Part shown: positions 1-13,085 of the stretch, in pieces
How positions within the stretch are numbered: the stretch's first letter is position 1
How the letters are laid out: every line of letters begins with the position of its first letter
Origin: Dicyema japonicum
Taxonomy: Eukaryota; Animalia; Dicyemida
Assembly: GCA_011109175.1 (NCBI GenBank)
Contig: RDEW01000014.1
Span: 1,226,143 to 1,290,142, forward strand
Reading direction: 5' to 3'
Length of the DNA stretch: 64,000 nucleotides
Made by a program: the position numbers and the translations under genes
The notes under the pieces: generated by a model
What the model saw: only the letters and a program-made list of their open reading frames with translations
Databases searched by the model: none
What the model was told of the DNA's origin: nothing

Positions 1-1850
1 GAGACAGCAGTACGAGACCTTCGGAAGTTTTATAATGGCAACATTGTCGAACGCTAAAGAAACATCCGCCTGAGAATTGAAAATTGCTCTGAACACCAAA
101 AGAGAACTAAGGAATTAACGAAACAGCATCCTTCATGAAATAAGAGTCCGGGCACGTCTTTTATGGACGAAATACTTAGACGAGAAGGTTACCGAAATTG
201 AAAAGCTCTCTCCTAAAAGTCAAATGTTCATGGCTGTGCGGTTGCTTAATTGGGGTTCTTGAAATTCCAAAATATAGATATGGGATTAATCGGAACACCT
301 ATTAGATGATGGGTACAATGGCTCACGAATTACTGACCACTTTCAGAAACAATTCCAAACAGATGATACCTATGCACCCACATTTATTGGGCATCCGCGG
401 AGCTTGTCAAATTAAATAACACATTCGGAGGTCCTAGATGAATTTCACCATTTGAACAACAACAGGGCTTCGGGATGTGATGGAGTTCCAGGGAAATTTC
501 TCAAATACGCACCCGATAGTCTGGCGAGCTTCTTCGCACAAATACTGAACAAGGCTTTTGCATTACACTGCCCGCTTCCAATCAAGACCGGAATATTAAT
601 ACCCCTTCATAAACCGGGCAAAAGACGGGGACCCTTCGTAAATTAAGACTTATTGTGCTAGTCACCACTCTAATGAAAACTTTATCGACTATTGTTCGAG
701 GCCGTATATCAATGTAGGTCGATCGATGTCTCTCTTGTGGTTAAAGTGGTTTCAGTCCTGGAAGATCCACGACTGATGTTGTCTGGAGTTATCGCTGGAT
801 CAATGCAGTATGTGCCAAGTACAAACGATCTATTCATATCCTGAGAATCGACATGAGCAAGGCTTTTGACAGCATCAACAGGAATAAACTATCTACCATG
901 TTGAAAGACGTTGTCGATGAATACAGTCTGCGTATACATATTCTATTATCTGAAACTGAACTACTCGTCAGAGTTGGATCTAAGGAGTCTAGACCTTTTT
1001 CTTCCAATGTTAGTACCCCACAAGGGGACACTCTATCTCCTGTATTATTTATCATCTACTTGGAGGCAGCTTTGAAAGATCCAAGAGTACAAATTGGATG
1101 TTCGGACAACCACTTTATGGAAATCATTAACGCGGATAATTTTGAATTTATTGGAGAAAGCGAAACAATTTTGAGTAAATGGTCTCCCAAAGTCAATAAA
1201 GACAAAACTGAAATAACCACTATTGAAAGAACGTCAACCAACGTTGAGAAGTGGAGGAACACCCGAAAACTCGGATCATTATTTGGAGATATCACGCGAC
1301 GAAAGATATAGGCCACAATAGCCTTAAAAAAATTACAATCAATTTTGATGAGAAAGAATCAAATTCCTACTAAGATGCGATTACGCTTATATAATGGATT
1401 TGTCCGACCATCCTCATGTACAACGCAGGTACTTGGGGAACATCAAAGAAGGATATGGAACAACTCTACTCATTTCACAGAGGCTAAGAAAACTCCTTGG
1501 ATACTCTTAGTCAAAGGAAATCTCAAACAATAAATTATACTGACTGATTGTGGACCAATAAGTCTGAACATACTTAAAGTCCGCTGGCACCTTTTTGGTC
1601 ATATTCTACGAATGAGTGAACAAACACCATGCAATGCCGCTATGAAATAATTTTTCGGCCATACTGAATCTTCTGCATTCTGAGGACGTCCAAGAAGTCG
1701 TCTTCCAAGGACACTTTTGGAAAATTATGCAATGATCGGGGGCCCACCGATGGATGCAGACGGTCTGGACGAAATCAGGAAGCGAGCACGACAACGAGAA
1801 GGTTAACTGAAGGATTGTTGAAAAACATGGAACAGGCGAAATCATAAACA
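1..1850 (+). mobile_element. Degenerate RTE-clade non-LTR retrotransposon (RT and 3' region)
   Basis: ORFs 452-646 (NNRASGCDG..GILIPLHKPGK), 853-1311 (DMSKAFD, TPQGDTLSPVLFIIYLEAAL, KLGSLFG) and 1345-1533. Homologous to the near-intact element at 49180-52080; many stops and frameshifts. Confidence 0.85.
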
Positions 1851-2369
1851 GTGTTTACTGGTAACGCGGATGTGCTTAAATTAACCAACATTTCTTAAGC
1901 GGACGACCTCGACTTTATGTCAGAAAACAAATTGGCCCTATTTCGACTCCTCGTGTTGGCACCTGCTGGGCTGACGAGATGGTTTTCAGAATGAACACAG
2001 CAAAATCAGAGTTGTGTTAACCTATATAAATAAGGCTGTGGCTTATGTGATGGGAACAAGCATATGATGGTCTCTCAAATCATAATTGCAAACAAAAAGA
2101 GTCAGTTTATGAAACAGCGCTTTACAATGAACAGAAGAGGTGTTTAACAGCAACGAACGCATTCTCTTAATATTTGACTTTTCTCTAACTCAGAAATTGT
2201 AATACACTCAAGATGAGTGGTTTTATTTTATAATAGCTTATTCCAAATAATATAAAATAATTAAGATATTAAAGTAACTTATTGGGAGCATGAAGAATTA
2301 TTATCATAGGCACGTCTGCGATGCCAAGATCATGACAAAGCATGTGCAACACGAAAAGTTAACAATCTA

Positions 2370-3500
2370 ATTAACATCTTTTTCGATCCGATGCCATGTT
2401 CCGCAGCATATCTAGATCGTCCCCATCTTTACGGCACTTTCCAATCCTCCTGAGATCTTCATCTAGGATTACCGGCAGTGTTGTCCTCGGCCGACCGCGG
2501 AAACGCGAAGTTTCTAAGACAAAATACTCCTCCATTGCTATGTTGGCAGGGGTCCCCATATCGTGGCGGAGTATGTGTCCAAACAGCTTTCATCTTGAAA
2601 CAGTAATATCACATGATATTGGCTCAGATCCTGTTCTCTTGTATAAGATTTTGGACGGCACTTTGAAGAAACGAGTGCTCGGAGATGATTTCTGCGAAAA
2701 GAATTCAACTTTTCGAGTTCCTGCCCTTTTCATGCCCATGTACCGGCATCATATAATAGGATTAGCCTCACTAGTGCATTGTATAGTCTCATTCGAGTTT
2801 TAGGGTCAAGCCCTTTGTGCAGATGCCAGGTCTTCGTCATTTGGTGAAAACGAAATTATTTAGTGTCTTTATTCGTGTTGTATCTTCGGTGTCACCGAGA
2901 AGGGATCCTAGTTATTTTTATCTACGCCAGTGCTCCTCGGTCCTTTCCTTCCTTCTTTTTAGCTCCGTTATTACGGTTTTGTTTGTGTTTACTTTTAATA
3001 ACAACTTAGCCATTTTATCAGGAATCTTCTCCAAAAGTGCAATCTTTGTTATTTGAAAAATGTCCACGTCATCCGTATGTGCTATTATGCTAGATCCTTC
3101 TGCGATTTTAGGCTTCAAGTCTCGTAGAGCTGTTTCTAAATAAATAAAAAACAAAATCAGGGATAATGGATCTTCTTGAAAAGGACCAATTGTCGTTTCA
3201 AATGTCCTCGATAAAGCTTTCTCAGTCCTGACCATCAAACTTGTGTCCGCCAGGAGTGTCCTGACCATCCTAATCGTTGAGCCCTCCAAGAAGTGCTCCA
3301 GTATTTGCAGCACTTGTTCCTGTCGACGGAATCAAAAGCCTTTGACACATCAATCTCCAGAATTGTTGCCAATATTTAAAATTTTTGAACAGTCGCACTT
3401 CTCCATTTGTGGCTCCATGTAACATCTGACGTTGATCTTCCTTTGAGAATCTACTTTGAAAAGCCGACAAGTACGATTCTAGGCGTCTTTCCATTTTTGA
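2370..3500 (-). mobile_element. Degenerate RTE-clade LINE, 3' half
   Basis: ORFs 2918-3313 (QEDPLSLILFFIYLETALRD, HTDDVD) and 2371-2559 (TPANIAMEEYF..FRGRPRTTL) match the RTE family at 49180-52080. Confidence 0.85.
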
Positions 3501-3549
3501 AGCGTAATATAGTATCTTCAATGCATCAACAGAATAGGAATAATTTATC

Positions 3550-5850
3550 ATTTGTTGACGACAGAATCATGACTTTTGTATCATGGACTTGCAAGTTTCA
3601 TAATATACAAAGTGGAAAGATAAAACCTATAAAATTTCATTATGGTAAATCATTCTCATAACTAACAAATCACCTATAACCTAAAAATATTTTCTATAAG
3701 TGATGATGTGAGGATGATTTTAGGCTGTTTGATGGGAATAATCAGTTGTTGACGTAAGCGAATGATTTGATCATTGGATACAACCTTAGTTTCACATTTT
3801 GGAGATTTGAGTGTTATGCTAAACGAAAAGCAAATTCCACGAAACGGAAATCCTAAAAAAATCGGATTAACTTTGCTATCACTCTCCCACCATGTTAGAA
3901 CTGAATTTCATAAAAAGGTTATTTTCGACGATGTCAGAACCAGAAATGATCTTCCAAAAATGAAAAGAAACTCAACTCCTTAAAATCGGAAATTAGCTGC
4001 ACCTGTTTCTTTCGCAGTGAGCAGCCAAAAAAAGTTTAGTGATGGGCAGTGAAAATTACAAAATCCCCTCTGCAAACTTTTCTGAGAAAGGAACGGCATG
4101 GATATAAATCATGGGTGGTGGAGGAACACCATAGATAATTCATGTTATAGAATAATAGAATAAGCCAATAAACATAGAACTAACAGAATATGAACTCAAT
4201 GTACATAATATCCATGTATAGTCTGGAATAAGTTAGTCAATACAAATTAGCGAATACTTTTCCAATTATTTTTATTCAATTGTCTGAATTATGTCAATGT
4301 TACGTAATTGGATGTGCTCATTGGTTATAACTACTCATTCAGATTACAGAGAATTCAGACTCAAGGCTTCATCTATTTTTAAAAATATAGAGTGTATTAT
4401 CAAGAAAATTGTCAATCGCCTGCCAACAAAGTAAGAATGATGAGCAGTGACTATCTGTGCATTACATAGTGGTAATACAATTGCACTTATGTCGACAATG
4501 CCTAATAAAGCAGTCAAAAACTGAATACTAAGTCTGCAATTCCTAGTAGTTAATGAAACTCCATAAATGTTATTAGAGTGGATAAGAAAATAACCACAAA
4601 AACATAAGTGCAAAATGGTAATGTCTGTGTTGTATAAATTATAGAAAATGATCACTTTGATCCAAGTTGGGATCACCATCCAACAGTCTTTAAAGCATGT
4701 CAAAGTAGAGAAGCTACATATATGATGTGAGTGAATTATCATTAATGATTATGTGATATAATTAATACTAATCTGGGATAATATTGTGAGGATGATCTAT
4801 ATTTCAACCATCGTGATCCCTTGAGACAATAAAACAAAAATATAGGTTGGACGGTTAACGGGAAACTGATAACATGTTAGGGTAATCAACTGAAGACATC
4901 CAAATGGAAGATGATGTTTCCAAAGTAATACCTAATAATATATTATGTTTATTTTCTTTAACTTGATATACTTTAATTACTTTTATATTCTCATCCCTAA
5001 ACCACGTGCCTTGTAAAATTCTTTTTCATGAATTTGAAAAATATTATTAAACTTTAAAGAAATCTTCGTTGCCTCGGTTCCGAAAGAATCCAAATTAATT
5101 ATGTTGTTCAATAATATCATATAATCGATTAAAAACGGTTTTTCAAATTTTCTGATATAGATAAGGTTAATTAGTAATTCTCTGCATTTCATTTTGATTT
5201 TTATCAATCATACAAACAATTTCTTGTTTCCATGGTGATCAAATATCCAAGACTTATACTTATTAACAAAGGATGTACATGTTTAAATCAATGTCATATA
5301 TTCTTACATAAAAAATCGCGATATTTTATATATCTAAAAATAGTCATCAGAGCGTGCAAGCAATATTTCCAAATTATGTATATTTTCCTGTCAACAAAAT
5401 TAAAAATGAGGGTATACTTTTTTACTTTATCCAACTGTTTTCGCTTGGATTAAGGTATCACGTTGAGATTTCCCTTCTCGAATTCGCTTATTTTGAAAAA
5501 ATTTCAAACAATGGTTATCCAACACAGAACATTCTGTTTAGTCGGTATCCTTAATTTCCATTAGATAAGGACTTAGAGGGACTATAGGGTTATATGGTCA
5601 TACAAGATATCATTGAAAATGATAATTCGGTATTGTTTACTAAGTGTAGGTAAATTGGAACCGTTGTTTTTGAAGATATAATGAGTTAGTCATAACATTG
5701 TGCAATATAAATTCCTGAAAATATGGAATCATATATTGTAAACTAAAAATAAGATTACGAGAATCAAGACTTTGCATTACAATAAGTCATATAAATTGGA
5801 GTTATTAAAAATATGACGAAAATGAAACAAAAATAATAAAATTATGTATT
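3550..5850 (-). pseudogene. Possible decayed multi-pass membrane gene, resembling a cyclic-nucleotide-binding-domain (CNG/KCNH-type) channel
   Basis: Minus-strand segments ILHLCFCGYFLI (S5-like), DYTWILCTLSSYS and MFIGLFYYSI (pore/S6-like), and IHAVPF (CNBD-start-like), with tiny GT-AG introns. In-frame stops prevent a clean gene model. Confidence 0.3.
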
Positions 5851-5905
5851 ACTGTGGAGACTTATTTACTAACCCCGGATACAGCGAGAAAGAACTGTGG
5901 AGACT
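5851..5905 (-). mobile_element. 31-nt extreme 5'-truncated Vingi-like LINE insertion with 12-bp target-site duplication
   Basis: ACTGTGGAGACT at 5851-5862 and 5894-5905 flanks TATTTACTAACCCCGGATACAGCGAGAAAGA, which matches the 3' termini at 33895-33923 and 52380-52410. Confidence 0.8.
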
Positions 5906-8209
5906 AAGTTCTACAAGTAAAAAGGAGTTTCCCGAATGTATAAAATAAAAGAAAAATAATAATTTATATTTTTAATAAATTTATAAATAATATTTTTAAT
6001 AAATTTATAATCAAAATTATCAACTATTTTATCAGTGATGCCTATCCACGTCTTACCTCTATCTCAACAAATGAGAATGTCGGGACTCTTCCATGTGCAT
6101 AACTCAAAAAACTTTTATACAATGACTCAACACGAATAAAATTGTGCCTCCTGCTCTGCTCAACTTTTACCAAGTTCTGGGCACCACATGTGTTTATCGT
6201 CTTTCCCTCTCTAACCTAGTACTAACGGCTACTCACTCAGGAGCAATCTAAGTGAAGGCGAAACATTTAAATATAAATGCAAGACTTTGGAAGACGCTTT
6301 ATCTTCATATCTGTCGCAGCCGAAAATTCTTGGATTCTTAAATACAACTAGCTAACTTTCTGACTCGCCATCGAATAGCAAAAACTGAGAAAAGACAATA
6401 AAAAAGACGATTGAGAGCGCATTTCTATACAAATTGTAATATTTTTTTTCAAATTTTGCTAAAGATGGATGAAAAAGTATGAAAATTGGTAGTCTGACAT
6501 ATCTTTTGCTGTTAATAGATGAATAGTCCTACAATGCGCTTTATGTTTCGCAATGATACAAAAAACCAACAGTGAAGGATTAAATAGCACTATGAACGCT
6601 TAGGCATCACGAGCCAATTACCTTTGCGGCAACATTTCTGAAATTTTTAAAGTAAACCTTTTGTGACAAGAATGTGCTCTAATTATAAGATCGCTATCGG
6701 GAAATTACTTTAATTTATTATGCATCCGAGAAATAAGAAAATACGATAGCGTCTTTGCCAGATTCAGCCCGTTTTCGTAGAGTGGAATTTTCGGACCCAA
6801 GGCTGTCTCTTTTTTAAGATCGTTTGGGTCTATTATATCGAAAGTGAGAATGAGTTTCTTGGAATCGATTGGCTGTTTCGAAGGAATTCTCGGAAAGCTT
6901 TAATGGAAACAGCCAAATTTATTAATTAATTTTACTTTGTTAACATGGGAACCACAGGAAAAATGATAAGCTATCAGTATTTTCATTTTATTTTGGATTT
7001 TTGAAACCACCAGGTTTATTTGATAAGTGAATGGCAATAGCAAGTCAACAGTGACTCTTAAGATAAAGGGACGTCATCTTGTGGGAATGGGAAAATTATT
7101 AAAATTTACTAATGACATTATATTTATCTCTTTTTGTAAAAAAATGAACATTGTTATATGTGATTTACCTGGTAAGACTTTTAGACGGTACAAAGAAAAA
7201 ACCCACCAGGTTTAATGCATCTTGTACAGTTCTTGTTGCCTCCTCAGGTAAAGAGACCTGTTTCATTCCAATAACGAAATTGTCATCGTAATAGAAAAGG
7301 TTAGTTTGAGGTAACTAACGTGAAAAAGTCATTAATTACAATAAATTGGTTATTTTCAAAAAGAGATTAAAAAACATTAATTTAAGTCACATTAAATATT
7401 TTTAATAAAATTAATAAAGTTGTTTTACCACGTTTTTGTGATGTTGACTACATTGTAGACATTAATTGCCTGTGATGACATAATTGCTACTACTGATAAG
7501 TGATATTATTATATAAACTGAGGCAACATCGAATATAATATATTTGTTAACTTTTTTCAATCATTACAAGACATTGGTAACTTGTAACTCTTAATATTTA
7601 AAACTATATTGTTTCGAATGAGAGAAATCAGTTGTTGTTGGAATGAAGGAAAGGGCAGGCCGAATAGCAAAAATGCTTAAATATAAGGAACATGAAATTC
7701 TCTCCTTAATTACTATGATGGGCTTGTTATTTGAACCTGAAAAGTTAGCTGAGATGGATGTTAGTATCATCTAGTGTTGAGGGAGAACCATGTCCAGGTT
7801 AGGTCGGCAAACATAGACCCACTGTACATGCGTGGTCTTTGTATTGTTGTATTATGAGTGCCTGTTGCTGGTATGCTGCTGAAATTTGAGTTTGAGGCAC
7901 ATTGGCATCTGACAGGAAGATGTCAATATACAAATCCACTCATTGTCATATATCCTCTAAATATGACCTTAACCAAATAGAAAGTGTGAAGAGTTGGTTA
8001 GTGTTACTAGAAAACCTTATAGAGATCACTTTAAGAACCTGACTGGTAAAGTAATAGAAATGAGAAAGTACAGTCTGAATAAAGAATAATGACGTATATC
8101 GATGTAATAATTGACCTTAAAAATAATATTCAATTGTTTTTCAAGTAATTGGTTCGATTGATTATATTTTTAACAATTCATCGTAATTATTAATTTTATA
8201 TGAATAATT

Positions 8210-9896
8210 ATGACGCTTAAATCAATGTCTTCTCAAGAACTCTCAATACTATCAAAACAAATTTAGGAATTTGGACAAATTCTCCCAGAAACAGGGACAA
8301 AGGAATCACTTAAAGTGTGCAGTCTTAGGTAAATTAATTTTAGAACTTTTAACAGACTTTAACAGTAGATCATTAAGACTACTCACAATGAAATAAAACC
8401 ATGTGAATTATTAAATAGTCTCAAATATATAAAAGACTGCATTGATATTTTACATGAAATACCAAAGTTATATTTCACATAATTAAAGAGGATCAAACAT
8501 ATTAATTCAGATTTGATTGAAAATGATTCACAAGTTGCCAAATGGATTGAGGAAACATTTATGAACTCAACTACTTTGAATCCCAGAAGTTTAAATCTCA
8601 AATTCCGTGAGGTGCAATGATTATGAAGATCGGAATTGCTAGTTCAAAGTTATTTTATACTGAAAGACAAAATTTTTAATTTTGGATAAAAGGTACACGA
8701 GTTTAGTACTGAAATTGAAAATTATTTAAAAGTAATTTATAGTGAACATAGAGAATATTCAAACATGGAACTTTGATATTTTCGGTCTCAGAATGAAGAC
8801 CAAACAAACGGAACTCTGACTTTTGGCCTTAAACTTTTTGAAATTTATAATCTAAGAAGTATTTTCAAAGTTTTGTCTTTTTTTAAATAAAAAGATAAGA
8901 TATGACAAATTAGTGAATTTTTTAACCAGTCTGACTGACGGGTATGAAGTGCATAATAATTTTTATTATAATTCACTCATGCTGCTGATGTGTCTCAGAC
9001 CCTCTTTTCAATGATTCATAATTTTGGTCTTTATGTAATTTTTCAAAATAGAAAACCATGACGTATTATGAGATTCTCGGATGTTTAGTATCATCCCTAG
9101 CACATGATTATAAACACAATGGGAAGACTAATAACTTTCAAGTAATTACAGGGGAGAGGACTTGTTTATATTCTAGATCATAGTACGCCATTATATACAA
9201 TGACATTTCTGTACTTGAAAATTATCATCACTTTTCCACATTTAAATTATTAAAAATTGATGATTCTAATATTTTTGAGTCACTCACTCCTAACGAGTAC
9301 AGGTTACTACTATCAGTAAAATTACAGACAAATCAGAGCTTTAGTGATAAAAATGATTATTACTACGGATATATCCACACATTTTACTCGTTTAAATAAT
9401 ATGAAACAAATTTACTCACAAGGGAATGAATCTTTTTTTGTAAAATAACATATTATATTTTAGTGAAAAAAGATTTGATGTATTATTATTGCATACAGCT
9501 GATATAGGACATCCAACTGAACATTGGTAAATTCACACTCAGTGGACAAGAAAAATAGTCAATGAGTTTGTTGCTCAGGTTTTTTAAATTGTGATTTTAG
9601 GCGGATAATGAAAAATCTATGAATATTCCCTGTTCTCCCTTGTGTGACAGATCAACAACAGTCATCAGAAAATCAATACTTAGTTTTATAAACTTTATTG
9701 TCAAACCCATATTTGTATTCGTTTGGGAAATGAAGCGTGATACAAATATATATTAGAAGAAAGAAGGATTTTTAATTACACTGAGGAGTTAACCACCATT
9801 GTCGATGTTTGGACTTATAATCTTAACCAACATTTTAATAAATGGGAAAAATTTGATGAAAATGAAATTAATGAAATAATTAAAAAATTATCATAA
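8210..9896 (+). pseudogene. PDE1: PDE1-like cyclic nucleotide phosphodiesterase, intron-containing pseudogene
   Basis: Motifs LPETGTKESLKVCSLR, QVAKWIEETF, WNFDIF, HAADVSQT, AHDYKHNGKTNNF, LYNDISVLENYH, TDISTHF, HTADIGHP, SPLCDR, FINFIVKPIF. In-frame stops (e.g. 8264, ~8360, 9528), frameshifts, and YHN changed to YYN. Confidence 0.85.
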
Positions 9897-10078
9897 TTTT
9901 ACATTAATTCTACTAATAATGTGTTAAATTCTGGTATTATTCATATTCATAATCCAAATATTGTAACCTAGCTTACTCCAGACCACATTGATCTTTTTGA
10001 GGATGGTGTCTCTGGAGAACCTTATTTATATTGGAATTCATTTCTGGATAACCACAAAACCAAAGACTCACTAGATTT
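9722..10078 (+). repeat. ~355-bp segment duplicated in inverted orientation at 11718-12073 (PDE1 last exon and downstream)
   Basis: CCACCATTGTCGATGTTTG, AATGAAATTAATGAAATAATTA and AACCACAAAACCAAAGACTCACTAGATTT recur as reverse complements; copies are diverged, not identical. Confidence 0.9.
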
Positions 10079-10710
10079 AGGAATTCCCTTCACAACATAA
10101 GTGGAAGGATATAGGACGGAAGTGGTAAAAATATGCCATCAATACCAAATGGCGCATTCAAACCAAAATAATCCACACAAGCGTCTATATACACTTTCAA
10201 TGCAAATTCAATTGTGAATATGGCTGATCTTCTTAGTGTAATTCGTACCTTACTGGCAATCGGTGAGTTTGAAATATGTTAAAACATTTAATTTGTCCCA
10301 AAGCCATGTTTTTAATTTCCAGATTCGCTCAAATCATACGTCAAGTTAGACGAAGCAGCTTGCCCCGACACAACATCCTCATAATGTTAATTGGTGGGTA
10401 TTTCATTCCCCTTCGTTGATTTAGACTTGGCTGCAAGTTTTTCTTTTATTAGCAAGTTTTCTTTCCTCGGTTGTTAATGCTTTCCCAACTTTTCCTATTG
10501 ACGAAATTTTGCAAGGCAATTAAGAATTGTGTTAGAGGAGTATTGGAGAAAAGTTTTAGAGAACAACCAAAAACTCTTGTAATCAAAAAGACTTTGCAAG
10601 TAGGAATAGTTTGCCAAATTGGTTTACCTTATATATGAGTAATCACAATATTAGAATAAAGAAAATTATTAAATGTTAATTAGCCTTAAGTTTTCTAATA
10701 GGGACGTAAT

Positions 10711-11352
10711 TTAACTTCCAAAGGGACTCATCATTATGAGAAGAGGAACAAAAATCCAAACCGAGTTGAGAGAGACAAAGTAAAACCAAAAATAAATAGG
10801 ATCCTTCCTATCCATACACTGTTCAAAGTCATCAAAGTACTCAGTTAGAAAGTACATAGTGGTCCCATACAACTGAAAGAGAACAGTCATCAACTGAAAT
10901 ACATACATTTTTGATATTTTAAGGATAGTCATCACAAAACAGACTACACATAGAGGACCGACCACATAGAGAGTGAATGATTCAATAGCTAAGACTGTGA
11001 CGTCATTTCTAAAATATATTGATTGGGTAACGTGAGGTAGCGAGAGTCAGAAATGGAGTACTTCTTCCCTAATTAATTATAGAACAAACAAACATAATTG
11101 TGCCATCAGTGTGTTCTGACTAATGATGGAGTCATGTTTTGTGACGTAAGTCATATCAATCACGAAATGAGTAAAGGCAGACAACAAAAACCACACCGCT
11201 TTGAACTTTCCAAAGCAGGATAGACCACAGAATTTTGCCAAACAACACCCAATCAAGAATATCCCCAAATATAGAGCAAGCAGATATGAAAGAAGTTCAT
11301 ATCTTGACATTGTATTAGGCACATAGCTTTTCTGTTGATTAAAATATTCCAT
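10711..11352 (-). CDS. EBP: Emopamil-binding protein / sterol delta8-delta7 isomerase family
   Basis: Spliced protein: WFLLSAFTHFVID..AQLWKKYSISDSRYL..AIESFT..GPL..QLYG..YFLTE..YFWFYFVSLNSVWIFVP. GT-AG introns at 11069-11093 (25 nt) and 11009-11031 (23 nt). Confidence 0.92.
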
Positions 11353-11459
11353 AAAACAATGTAAGCGTGTTTTAAATTTAAATTTATTGAACCAAAATCA
11401 CAATTAAAAATATATTTTTTTTTATTATCTTAATTTTATTTTTATTATATTATACATGG

Positions 11460-11670
11460 CGCTCCAATTGACTCATTTATCAAAGTATATGATCTCGTTA
11501 TTGCTAAGATCTTGGAAGGCCCGAGATATGAAAGAAACCTCCTTTGCTGTGGAGATTAACTTAAGACTTTAAGACTAACCGCAAGAAAAGGACTGGTATG
11601 GACACCGAGATCACTTAGTTGGACGATAACTTTTATTTTCTATTTCGTGATTTAAAGGTTATTAAATTAA
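11460..11670 (+). mobile_element. Vingi-like LINE 3' remnant
   Basis: Ends in MDTEIT* followed by a T-rich 3' UTR, like the copy ending at ~21480 (MDTGIT*). Confidence 0.55.
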
Positions 11671-11717
11671 AATAAATAAAAGATCTTGGGAGGCAAACGA
11701 ATCGTGTGAGAAATGTC

Positions 11718-12073
11718 AAATCTAGTGAGTCTTTGGTTTTGTGGTTAACCAGAAGGGAATACCAATATAAATAGAGTTCTCCAGAGACAACATCCTCAAA
11801 AAGATCAATATGGTCTGGAGTTAGCTAGGTTCCAGCATTTGGGTCATGAATACGAATAATACTAAAATTTAACACATTATTAGTAAAATTAATGTAAATT
11901 TATGATAAATTGCTAATTATTTCATTAATTTCATTTTCATTAATTTTTTCTCATTTACCAACATTTTGGTTATGATTATTAGTCAAACATCGACAATGGT
12001 GGCTAATTCCTCAGTGTACTTAAGAATCCTTCTTTTTCCTAATCTATTTTTGAATTTACGCATCATTTCCACA
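11718..12073 (-). repeat. Inverted copy of 9722-10078
   Basis: Direct reverse-complement comparison. Confidence 0.9.
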
Positions 12074-12094
12074 ACAAAAAAAAATATATTCATA

Positions 12095-12360
12095 AATGGG
12101 TAACAATTTCATCTTTGGGAGACTTTCTCAGGTTGAAATTATTTATGGTTTATTCCATTTTTGATACCTTCCTAAGAGTCTCCCAAAGCTCCGTTTTGTC
12201 TCCTGCCTTATTCAAATTGCTTTGAGCGATATTCCAACTAATTCTAAGCCTCTTCTATCATATGCGGATGATCTGGTTATCGACTCTAAAGACAGTGACG
12301 TCATCGAAGGATTCAATAAGTATTTAAACTCTCTTGAAGAATGGATCAAATCCACACATT
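12095..12360 (+). mobile_element. Non-LTR RT fragment
   Basis: VSQSSVLSPALF and LSYADDLVI motifs. Confidence 0.6.
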
Positions 12361-13085
12361 CTCTGTGAAATACTACTAGTCCCAAACCTGTAAAACCTAA
12401 AGACTACATAAACGCATACGTCCAATAATCATTAACATTATACTATAGATATATACAACAGGTGGATAAATATCTTCCCCCAAGGTGGATTTCATGATTG
12501 ACGGTCCACTAAGACGCTGTTTAGGTATACAAATGGTATGTGGAACTCTGCCATAAAAAACGCAAATATTATATATCTTTAAGTCCTTTTAACGGAAACA
12601 AACGGGACCTTAGTTAATATAACGTTGTTTTGTGAAAGTGTTTTTTAATAATAAACTGATGTAGGTTCTCTATAGACACTAAGCCAAGATTAAATTCATT
12701 TAATAAGCATTTTGTTGAAAGAAACTCTTCCCGCAGTCAACCATGGCAGACCTACGACGTATCCCACATGGTGATTCACCATCTCAATCCTGTTCGTAGG
12801 ATGCCTCAAAAGAGACTATGACCTAATAATATACAGTAAAGTCTCTCTAATTGGCCAACCCATAAATTGGCCAATTTATAGCTAAAAGTCAGGGGTTCAA
12901 AAAAGCAAATTTCCTAAGAAATTGGCAACATTAATAAAAAACATAAAATTTATTTTTACTAATCATTTTCAATTATTTTGTTAAAAAAAGTAAAAATTTA
13001 GAACTAAAAATTTTACCATGTGTTCGAAAGCTTCTCGTTGTAATTATACAAGGCTTAATTGTTTACAAAAACTCGCAAGTTCAAA

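Noticed and set aside
8225-9530. Stop-codon reassignment (TAA/TAG as sense) suggested by in-frame stops in PDE1
   Set aside because: The same gene also has frameshifts and a lost catalytic His, while six neighbouring genes are open in the standard code and five of them end in TAA (SURF6 in TGA). Pseudogenisation is the simpler explanation.
12362-12555. Small spliced membrane-protein gene fragment on the minus strand (also a zinc-finger-like fragment at 33530-33830)
   Set aside because: Intron-like segments are present, but no consistent open frame or recognisable family could be built.
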